Of a DNA stretch of 22,225 bases, positions 9,961 through 22,225 are shown one piece after another (position 1 is the first letter of the stretch; each line of letters begins with the position of its first letter). The position numbers were made by a program, and so were the translations under genes. Origin of the DNA: a virus. Lineage: Duplodnaviria; Heunggongvirae; Uroviricota; Caudoviricetes. A model generated the notes under the pieces. The model saw only the letters and a list, made by a program, of their open reading frames with translations. It was not told the origin of the DNA and searched no databases. The stretch is from the IMG/VR virus record IMGVR_UViG_2693429779_000006; one strand, written 5' to 3'.

Positions 9961-12174
9961 TTATGTATTACGTTTTTGACTACTTCTCACAGCTTGAGAA
10001 ACACTATTGGCGTGTTTCTTAAGCATCTCATTAAATTTCTTGTCATCATCAGCTACATCACCCTGGATGATCAATGGTGCGTTAACGGTAATATCACCTG
10101 AAGTACTTCCACCTTCTTGTTTATCCAAGAATGCTGTTAATTTCTTATTCGCTTCAGGCTGCACCACTCTCTCGCCCTGCTTAAGTACAAATGATTTGTT
10201 GTCATAACTTGCTGGTAGTTCATCTACCCCGCCATGGAACTGACCAGCAGCAGCACCCTTTGCAGTACTAATAATCGACATACCAAGTGAAAGTACTTGT
10301 GCATAGTTTGCCAATGAAGCTGGCCAAGGGGTAGCGAGTGCTTGGGCCAATGCTGACTGAATTGAAAGTACTGTCTGTGCAATGCTTATGCTCTTACTTA
10401 GGGTAAATGCAGCTTGTGCAGCCCCACTACTTTCCCCAAACGCATCAACCATGCCCTGTGATAGTGACTGTGCAGTACTTGAGAAGATACTTAACTGATC
10501 CTGTGCATTCTGGTTACTGATTTGGATGGCCTGTGCATTGTACTTTGCCGTGATCTCAGCTTTACGTTTCTCATAGTCCTCATGGCCTTTCAGCAACAAC
10601 TCATTCTGCTGAAGTTCAGCATTCATAGCATCAGCGTTATCTTTCAACTTCTGATCGGTATCGTTATAGGCTAATGGATTACCACCATTGATACGCTGAT
10701 TCTGTTGCTGTGCCAGATACCCCTTCTGATTGTCATTGAGTAGACCGGAACCAATAAGAGCATTGGTATCTTTCAGACCCTGATTAGGATCTTGATAACC
10801 AACCATTGAATTCAGTAAATCAGTACGTTGTTTAGCACCATATGCAGTAGCGTTCTTTAGCATTTCATCAGGATTGATACCGAGTACTTGAGCACTATCG
10901 GTGATGGTTTTAAGAAGTGCCTTTTGTTGTCTGTCGAACTGCTGTAGACGTACCTGAAAACCATCTTCCCCAACTTGAGCAAGAGCAGCTTCCAGATTAC
11001 GTTGAGCCTGTAGGCGTTTTGCATCTGCCGCCTTTTGTGCCGCTTCTGCCTGTTTACGTTGTTGTTCTAACTTCTTCGCTGCATCTTCAGCTTCTTTTGC
11101 CTGATCAACCCATCCGCCAGTAGGAGCGGTAGCAACCGCAACATCGGACTTTAGGTTGTTTGCCAGTTCTTCTAAACGTGCCTTAGCCTGAGCGAACTCA
11201 TTACCCTTGTTGCCCTTATCATCCATGATGCCAGTATTGAGTGCTGCACCCTGGTAGTTTAATGCCCCTGCTGTACGTAATTTTTCCCAGATATCCAACA
11301 TATCCTGTAGAGAACCCTTGGAAGTTTTAATACGTTCATTCAGATCTTCAAACAAACCTGCCTCGTGAGGTTTTTGATTTGCAGCATCATAGACACTGTT
11401 CATGGCATTAACTAAAGGTGATAGGCCATCAGCAATAGTACCTTTAATGCTGGTAGTAAGTTTCCCAAGGTTTTTATCGAATTCAGCATATTTTTCAGCA
11501 GCATCATTAGTTACTTCAGCATTTTGTGACTGGATATAGGCTGTAGCTTGAGCCTCATTATTGAACTGCTGAAGAGTACTAATCATGTGGCTTGAGTCAC
11601 TGGCTAACGTTTCCATTACGTTAACTATTTCACTCTGTGATTTACCTGCATCACGCATGGCGTAAAAGGTGTGGATCACAGCCTGCATACCACCATCAGC
11701 CTGTTTTAAGTACTTGTTATAGTCCTGTAGGTTGAGTCCATATTCTTTAAGATCATCGGATACACCACCGCCAGCACGAAAAGCATCACCGAGCTTATCC
11801 AAGGTATCCTTGTTGAAATCACCAAACTTATCAATCTCAAGACCGAGGCCACTAAACGCCGCTGATAGCTGTTGTAACTGAACCACGGACAATCCGGTAC
11901 TCTTACTGATCTGGTTCATTTCACGCACATATTCACGTGATGATTCTACTAATGCTGCCAGGCCACCAATACCAATAGCCGCAGCACCCGCGATCCCGGT
12001 CATAGCAGTACCGAACCCGCCAGCCATACCAGTTATTCGGCCTGTGAACTCTTCAACAATGCCACCAGCAGTACTACCAAATTCCTCTAATGATTCAGTA
12101 CCAGACCTTAAAGCACGCTGTAAACCGGAAGAATCACCCGTAATATCTACACGTATTCTATTATTATTTGCCAT
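9961..12174 (-). CDS. Tail tape measure protein
   Basis: 737 aa, directly downstream of the G/GT chaperone pair. Gly/Ala-rich hydrophobic N-proximal segment, long Ala/Gln/Lys-rich helical regions, and a C-terminal region. Length implies a tail of roughly 110 nm at about 0.15 nm per residue. Confidence 0.8.
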   Translation of the reverse strand: MANNNRIRVDITGDSSGLQRALRSGTESLEEFGSTAGGIVEEFTGRITGMAGGFGTAMTGIAGAAAIGIGGLAALVESSREYVREMNQISKSTGLSVVQLQQLSAAFSGLGLEIDKFGDFNKDTLDKLGDAFRAGGGVSDDLKEYGLNLQDYNKYLKQADGGMQAVIHTFYAMRDAGKSQSEIVNVMETLASDSSHMISTLQQFNNEAQATAYIQSQNAEVTNDAAEKYAEFDKNLGKLTTSIKGTIADGLSPLVNAMNSVYDAANQKPHEAGLFEDLNERIKTSKGSLQDMLDIWEKLRTAGALNYQGAALNTGIMDDKGNKGNEFAQAKARLEELANNLKSDVAVATAPTGGWVDQAKEAEDAAKKLEQQRKQAEAAQKAADAKRLQAQRNLEAALAQVGEDGFQVRLQQFDRQQKALLKTITDSAQVLGINPDEMLKNATAYGAKQRTDLLNSMVGYQDPNQGLKDTNALIGSGLLNDNQKGYLAQQQNQRINGGNPLAYNDTDQKLKDNADAMNAELQQNELLLKGHEDYEKRKAEITAKYNAQAIQISNQNAQDQLSIFSSTAQSLSQGMVDAFGESSGAAQAAFTLSKSISIAQTVLSIQSALAQALATPWPASLANYAQVLSLGMSIISTAKGAAAGQFHGGVDELPASYDNKSFVLKQGERVVQPEANKKLTAFLDKQEGGSTSGDITVNAPLIIQGDVADDDKKFNEMLKKHANSVSQAVRSSQKRNT

Positions 12175-12526
12175 TCTTTTTCTTTCCTAATACCTGAGAT
12201 TTAATTAACTCCCCTATAGATTTAATATCATTGGATTGAGCCTCTTTAGTTTTTAATTTTCTTTCTTCAGCTTTCTCTGAAGTACTCTTAGTACTATCAC
12301 TAAGCACATCAAGAAAATCAAAATCCTGTACCTTGATACTTTTCCTTGCTTCTGGTGTTAGGTTGCCATTACTGATAGTGGTGTAGTAACACTGGTACGC
12401 ATGTTTCATCATTTCAATCTGCGTACCGGATGGTTCTATAAAAGTATCGTAGATCATAAGCATATTGAGTACATCAGGATCTAAACTAAAGTATTCTTCA
12501 GGTGATAAGCCTCTTTTGTTAACCAT
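12164..12526 (-). CDS. Tail assembly chaperone, T-like part, expressed as a G-T fusion by -1 frameshift
   Basis: The -1 frame is open from the slippery site at 12562..12568 straight into this ORF with no stop (linker reads V-R-G-D-I-E-L-K-Y-F-C-K then M-V-N-K-R...). Overlaps the tape measure start by 11 bp. Confidence 0.7.
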   Translation of the reverse strand: MVNKRGLSPEEYFSLDPDVLNMLMIYDTFIEPSGTQIEMMKHAYQCYYTTISNGNLTPEARKSIKVQDFDFLDVLSDSTKSTSEKAEERKLKTKEAQSNDIKSIGELIKSQVLGKKKNGK

Positions 12527-12558
12527 CTTACAAAAGTACTTTAATTCGATATCACCTC

Positions 12559-12870
12559 TTACTTTTTTTCTACTTCATCTACAGGTTTCGCAGTATTGAT
12601 TAAAGCAATAATTGCTGAGTAAATTTCATTCTGGATTACAAAATCAATAGAGTTAACATTAATTCGTCCATCAATATCTTCTTCTGCGAAGATAGGATCA
12701 CCATTTTCATCTTTTACACATAGGATTAGAGTTTTAGCCACATCAGTGCATTTCTGGAAATCCTGACCATTTGGACGATGAATAAAGATGATTTCACCCA
12801 TTACTTCATGTGGTTTTAATTCTGGTTGTAGTTTTTTCTTCAATTCGTTTAAATTCATTTTCATCTCCAA
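12559..12870 (-). CDS. Tail assembly chaperone, G-like
   Basis: Small acidic protein immediately upstream of the tape measure gene, ending in the slippery heptamer. The track start is TTG; the likely true start is an ATG at 12864 or 12858 (GGAG upstream). Confidence 0.7.
   Translation of the reverse strand: MEMKMNLNELKKKLQPELKPHEVMGEIIFIHRPNGQDFQKCTDVAKTLILCVKDENGDPIFAEEDIDGRINVNSIDFVIQNEIYSAIIALINTAKPVDEVEKK
12562..12568 (-). other. Programmed -1 ribosomal frameshift slippery heptamer A_AAA_AAG
   Basis: Minus-strand codons ...GTA GAA AAA AAG TAA. The heptamer sits in the zero frame immediately before the G stop codon, and the -1 frame continues into the downstream ORF. Confidence 0.7.
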
Positions 12871-12871
12871 T

Positions 12872-12903
12872 AAAAAAGGGAAAGTTGAGCACCTTCCCTT
12901 TAT
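12872..12903 (-). terminator. Candidate rho-independent terminator or attenuator after the major tail protein gene
   Basis: Minus-strand RNA AAAGGGAAG-GUGCUCAA-CUUUCCCUUU followed by a U-tract. Its position would let the tail tube gene be expressed more than the downstream genes. Confidence 0.45.
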
Positions 12904-12909
12904 TTATTA

Positions 12910-13383
12910 TTATTCGCCCGATTCTGGTTTTGGAGTAATCAGACCTGAATCAATTGCTTCACCATCAACTGCAAGGGTGAAAGTCTTAGTTACTACTTCA
13001 TCTTTATCACCACCGATAGTGGTACTTGAAACAAAGCAGGTATAAATTACAAAGAAACCTTCTTTTTTAGTTGCATCGGTAAAATAGCTTAGTTTTACCT
13101 GACAACGTTTCTGATCGTCTGCAAGTTGTTCTAAATTCTGATGTACTGCATTATCTGGTAAGTAGTTAACTGCAAGAGAAATGTCCGGGATTGACTTAGT
13201 ACCCAATAGCTTACGATCATAAGCATTATTGAATGTTTTTACGCTAATTACAGTACTTTCAAAGCCTGAAGTACTGAAGGTGTTTACCTCTGGTACTTCT
13301 ACAAAGTCAGTAGCAACTGTTTTACCAGCACTTGAACCTACTTCTACAGTAAGGTTAGCACCGGAAAAAATATCCATAGCCAT
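12910..13383 (-). CDS. Major tail (tube) protein, short form
   Basis: 157 aa immediately upstream of the G/GT chaperones. Shares DIFSG, NTF, VNYLPD, HQ.L and VVTK motifs in the same order with the N-terminus of the 883-aa protein. Confidence 0.6.
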   Translation of the reverse strand: MAMDIFSGANLTVEVGSSAGKTVATDFVEVPEVNTFSTSGFESTVISVKTFNNAYDRKLLGTKSIPDISLAVNYLPDNAVHQNLEQLADDQKRCQVKLSYFTDATKKEGFFVIYTCFVSSTTIGGDKDEVVTKTFTLAVDGEAIDSGLITPKPESGE

Positions 13384-13441
13384 AGTTTTATATCCTTATA
13401 AGAAAATTTTATTGGAGTGAATCCGTTCACCCCGTTTATAT

Positions 13442-16093
13442 TTATTTATTATTTAATAGCTGTTGTACTAAATCTTTTAGCTGATTAATTTCTTCTTGTT
13501 GGGCTTGAATAGCTCCCATCAAGTCCATCACTATTGGATTTAAATCAACACGTGGATGATCACGAGTGACAATCTCCCCTTCTATTTCAACTGTTTCTTC
13601 ATCATGCTTAATGTACTGCGGAGCAGTCAACTCAGCATCTTCGGCGATAACACCAAACCTAACCCTTTCTTGTTCATCATCCTTGTAGATAAACGTTACT
13701 AAATCTTGTGACATTATCCGATCTAATGCTTCAACTGGATTTGCTGGAGTTATGTCTCTTTTAAACTCACGACCTGATGTACCTTGAGCTTGCATTACTA
13801 ACCATCCAAACCATGTTGTACCGTTCCCGCCTCGTACTCTTAAAGTACCACCACCGTCTATCTGAAGCTGAGAGCGATTTGCCCCTGGGTATCTTTGCAT
13901 GTGCAATAAAGGGGAATATTTTTCACTATAGTTAATACCTGAGTCACCTGGCCCTGCATACATACCGTTAAAGGTGATGGTATTGGCATCTGTCGGTCCC
14001 GAAACAGCGGTATTAGTCATCCATCCTGATTGAACATCAGTTAGGATCGTTCCAGTCGGCCCTTTTAGCCCCCATAGTTTATCCTCTGCACCATTTTCAG
14101 AAATAAAAAGGGTGAGATCAGCCTGTCCAGTCTGTCCCATCGTTTTACCAACCCGAAAACCACCAGATATTTCAGTTGATGTACCAATGTTGCATATCGA
14201 ACGAATACGCCCTCCAGTTACATAACTACCAATTGCCGTAGAGGAAGGGGAAGAAGCAATAACATCCCATTGAGGACTAACTGAAGTACGACTACTCAGC
14301 AAGTTTTCAACCCAGCGTTTGGTAGTCGCGTCAGAATCAGAGACAGGATCTCCTGCTAAAGAAGTTGCACCCGTAGGACGAATCGCAGGCCATAACTCAG
14401 CCTGAGTCTTAACACCAGTACCGCCCTGCGGAATTGCTAATGCTTTCCAGCCAGTGAAAGCACCCGCAATATATGTAGCTGAACCCCATTGCCCTCCATC
14501 ATAAACCACTAATGCAGCGGAAGAATCAGCGGATTTAATAGTTGTTAAATTACTACCTTGATTAAAGCGATCCACCTGAAAGTTTAGGCGAGCACTCAAA
14601 GCATCTGTAGCCCCTGTCCCCCCCTGACCTATACCTAAAGCAATCCATCCAGTACCAGTACTTGCACCCCATGCCCCGTTATCCTGAATTCGGATACGGT
14701 TAGTCAGGTCATTACTCATCAGATCGGTGTACGTAGCACCCTGAGTCAAACGGTTCACCTGTAGGTTAGTACGTGCTGTAGAGAGACTGGATAGATCAGA
14801 AAGGTTACTCGCTTTCTTCATGGAAGCGGAATCAAGGGAAGTAATACTGTCAGCTAAAGCCGTTACCTCTGCATCTACTTCATCCATTGAGTAAACAGCA
14901 AGGTTAATACGTGCTTCTTCCACGTCCCCCAGATCACTTAGATTACCTGCTATCGTAAGCTGGGCATCATCTGTAACCTTCCCTAAGCCAACATCAGTAC
15001 TGGTAAGTACTACATCCTCACTGAGTACATGACCGTTGACCATACGTGTATCAGGTACTGAACCTGTATCTTCACTACTCAGTACTACATTTTCACTAAG
15101 TACATGACCGTTCACTGTACGCGTGTCAGGTACTGAACCTGTATCTTCACTACTCAGTACTATATCTTCACTGAGTACATGACCATTAACTGTCCGTGTA
15201 TCTGGTACAGAGCCGGTATCAGTACTGGTAAGTACTACATCCTCACTTAGAGGCTTACCATTCACAGTACGTGTATCAGGTACTGAACCTGTATCTTCAC
15301 TGTTCAGTACTAAATTGGCCGTGAGTGCATGGCCGTTGATGGTACGTGTAAGGGGTACGTATCGCCCGTCCATCTGTGTAGCGGTATATATGCGTGTCCA
15401 GGCGGTTGTAGCGTTCTTTGCATAGATACTTAGAGTACCCGTCTTTGTCATCGCAAGAGAACTTACAGTAGTGCCATCTACAAGCCCTACTCCCATCAGA
15501 TCCGCCCCGGCAGGATTGCCTGCTTGAGATGATGGTACTTTGATGAAGCTGTTACCCGTAGGTACTGATGGTGAGTACTGAGGTACATCCGTAGTGTTCG
15601 AACCTAAACCGTAGTCCCCCTGATAGATTGGCGATAGTGCGTTAATGGTCATTGCACGTGCGATCACATCATGTGGGGCAAAACTGTATGCCTTGGTTAC
15701 TACTGAACCTTTATCACCGTCCAACTTATAAGAGGTGATATAACCATTCACCATCGCATAAGTAATGGTATTTTCATCCTTATTCATCTGGTACTGAATG
15801 ATGATCTGGAAAAGCTGCTGAGACTTAGCGGCATTATCCAAGAATTGATGTGTAGGATCATCAGGTAGGTAGTTAACTACAATATCAAATGGTGCTACTG
15901 ATTTATCAGATAGTAGTACTGTCCTGTAATCACTATCATACGTTTCAAAATTATTTGCTTCTGAATTTATTGTTAAGGTTGGAAAAGTATTAATCTGTTT
16001 AATTACTACATTGCCTGCTCCCTGTGGTGTTCTGTTACCAATATCAGCATTATACTGTACTGATAATTCTCTTCCTGAGAAAATATCACTCAT
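13442..16093 (-). CDS. Chimeric tail protein: tail-tube-like N-domain, tandem tail-fibre repeats and a C-terminal S74-type intramolecular chaperone domain
   Basis: aa 1-150 are paralogous to the 157-aa major tail protein. aa 249-368 hold five 25-aa repeats (TRTVNGHVLSEDVVLSSEDTGSVPD). The C-terminus reads FKRDITP...ALDRIMSQDLVTFIYKDD...RFGVIAEDAELTAP, resembling the self-cleaving chaperone domain of tail fibres and tailspikes, and ends in a coiled coil. Confidence 0.65.
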   Translation of the reverse strand: MSDIFSGRELSVQYNADIGNRTPQGAGNVVIKQINTFPTLTINSEANNFETYDSDYRTVLLSDKSVAPFDIVVNYLPDDPTHQFLDNAAKSQQLFQIIIQYQMNKDENTITYAMVNGYITSYKLDGDKGSVVTKAYSFAPHDVIARAMTINALSPIYQGDYGLGSNTTDVPQYSPSVPTGNSFIKVPSSQAGNPAGADLMGVGLVDGTTVSSLAMTKTGTLSIYAKNATTAWTRIYTATQMDGRYVPLTRTINGHALTANLVLNSEDTGSVPDTRTVNGKPLSEDVVLTSTDTGSVPDTRTVNGHVLSEDIVLSSEDTGSVPDTRTVNGHVLSENVVLSSEDTGSVPDTRMVNGHVLSEDVVLTSTDVGLGKVTDDAQLTIAGNLSDLGDVEEARINLAVYSMDEVDAEVTALADSITSLDSASMKKASNLSDLSSLSTARTNLQVNRLTQGATYTDLMSNDLTNRIRIQDNGAWGASTGTGWIALGIGQGGTGATDALSARLNFQVDRFNQGSNLTTIKSADSSAALVVYDGGQWGSATYIAGAFTGWKALAIPQGGTGVKTQAELWPAIRPTGATSLAGDPVSDSDATTKRWVENLLSSRTSVSPQWDVIASSPSSTAIGSYVTGGRIRSICNIGTSTEISGGFRVGKTMGQTGQADLTLFISENGAEDKLWGLKGPTGTILTDVQSGWMTNTAVSGPTDANTITFNGMYAGPGDSGINYSEKYSPLLHMQRYPGANRSQLQIDGGGTLRVRGGNGTTWFGWLVMQAQGTSGREFKRDITPANPVEALDRIMSQDLVTFIYKDDEQERVRFGVIAEDAELTAPQYIKHDEETVEIEGEIVTRDHPRVDLNPIVMDLMGAIQAQQEEINQLKDLVQQLLNNK
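14990..15349 (-). repeat. Tandem 75-bp coding repeats (about 5 copies) inside the 883-aa gene
   Basis: Near-identical DNA units are visible directly, for example ...tcactgagtacatgaccgtt...acgtgtatcaggtactgaacctgtatcttcactactcagtact..., each encoding one 25-aa repeat. Confidence 0.85.
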
Positions 16094-16110
16094 CCTTTAT
16101 ATCCTTTTAG

Positions 16111-16503
16111 TTATCTTGTCTTTTCCGTAACTTGAATATTTATCGTAAAGGATAGGGAAACCGAGCCAGTTATAGGATCTGTGACAATATCGGATTGTTC
16201 ATAAGAACACGAAAGCATTATTAAACCTGCATCACTGAATGCTGAAGTTTTCTCTTTATCAAAAGTACTAATAATCTGATCATAAGTGATGGATGGGGCT
16301 GTATTACCTGATTCTGGTTTAGGGGAAATCAGATACTGAATTGCAAAGTTACCTGCCCGGCGTTCATTGCTGAAACTTAAACTCGTTAATGAGTAATCAA
16401 AAGCAATTTGTTCAAATACATCAACATCACGTGATACTGTCAGATTCTTAGTAGCATTGATAAGCTGCTTCATCGTATTCCGTACTTTTTGTACTAACAT
16501 CAT
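16111..16503 (-). CDS. Head-tail connector / tail completion protein (gpZ or gpU position)
   Basis: The track ORF (16111..16581) overlaps the upstream gene by 77 bp in another frame. Start is re-set here to the ATG-ATG at 16503, with AGAGGA upstream, 1 bp after the upstream stop. Contains an LISPKPESG segment that recurs at the C-terminus of the 157-aa protein. Confidence 0.4.
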   Translation of the reverse strand: MMLVQKVRNTMKQLINATKNLTVSRDVDVFEQIAFDYSLTSLSFSNERRAGNFAIQYLISPKPESGNTAPSITYDQIISTFDKEKTSAFSDAGLIMLSCSYEQSDIVTDPITGSVSLSFTINIQVTEKTR

Positions 16504-16504
16504 A

Positions 16505-16828
16505 TTAGTAGTCCTCTGCAAATGAAGCACCAGCAGAAGTACGGAAATAGCAATTAACCATACCTGATAGATCATCTTCAATGTTATAGATTGTCTGGTT
16601 TACACCATCAATGATTAGTACTGTACCAATTGCCACGTTTGCGGTTATTAGATCGTCCTTTCTGATTGTTAGGTATGTTTCCACGCTTTCGATAAATCCA
16701 CCTGCCGCCTCAATAGAAACGGGAAGTACTTCTACTATTCCTGTAAAAGTACTTCCCGTACAAGTTTGGATAGACTGACCGAAAGCATTTAGAAACGCAT
16801 CACACTGCGTATCTTTAAATACTCTCAT
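16505..16828 (-). CDS. Head-tail connector / head completion protein (gpFII position)
   Basis: Small ORF directly downstream of the capsid gene. Called from position only. Confidence 0.4.
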   Translation of the reverse strand: MRVFKDTQCDAFLNAFGQSIQTCTGSTFTGIVEVLPVSIEAAGGFIESVETYLTIRKDDLITANVAIGTVLIIDGVNQTIYNIEDDLSGMVNCYFRTSAGASFAEDY

Positions 16829-16841
16829 TATCTAATCCTTA

Positions 16842-22183
<5,342 letters not shown>

Positions 22184-22225
22184 CTAGACTGGCCCCCTGA
22201 ATCTCCAGACAACCAGTATCACTTA

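Noticed and set aside
10007-11123. Plus-strand ORFs antisense to the tape measure gene (10007..10207, 10917..11123), plus 9829..10101 overlapping the moron's 3' end
   Set aside because: Antisense to a well-supported long gene. Their translations are Leu/Pro/Ser-rich, which is typical of spurious frames.
13384-13441. Hairpin GGAGTGAA-TCCG-TTCACCCC between the 883-aa gene and the major tail gene, as a possible terminator
   Set aside because: The stem is interrupted by a mismatch and is not followed by a clear U-tract on the minus strand. It may be a stability element, but the evidence is insufficient.
14990-15349. CRISPR array, suggested by the regular tandem repeats
   Set aside because: The units are 75 bp, contiguous with no spacers, in frame inside a long ORF, and encode a repeating peptide. 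They are protein repeats.
16504-16581. N-terminal extension of ORF 16111..16581, which adds a hydrophobic 26-aa leader
   Set aside because: The extension overlaps the upstream gene by 77 bp in another frame. An ATG-ATG with a good ribosome-binding site lies at 16503, 1 bp after the upstream stop, so the shorter gene is preferred.

Overview
This window reads as the late (morphogenesis) region of a lambda-like siphovirus or prophage in a low-GC host, almost entirely on the minus strand. Gene order runs from high to low coordinates: terminase large subunit (N-terminally truncated in this frame), a small head protein, portal, a fused prohead protease-scaffold-major capsid protein, two small connector proteins, an 883-aa protein with a tail-tube-like N-domain fused to fibre repeats and a chaperone domain, a short major tail protein, G/GT tail chaperones with a -1 frameshift site, tape measure protein, three minor tail proteins, and an I-J fusion tail-tip protein. 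Below about 4.3 kb lies an accessory region: two paralogous small proteins, a hexanucleotide repeat, a membrane-anchored coiled-coil protein, a lone plus-strand GH24 lysozyme, a GIY-YIG nuclease split from a basic protein by one in-frame TGA, a small soluble plus small membrane protein pair, and an HNH-motif protein. No tRNA, rRNA, CRISPR array, integrase or repressor was seen. All family assignments come from reading motifs by eye, with no database search. The ORF track uses ATG/GTG/TTG starts, so several start coordinates are probably over-extended.
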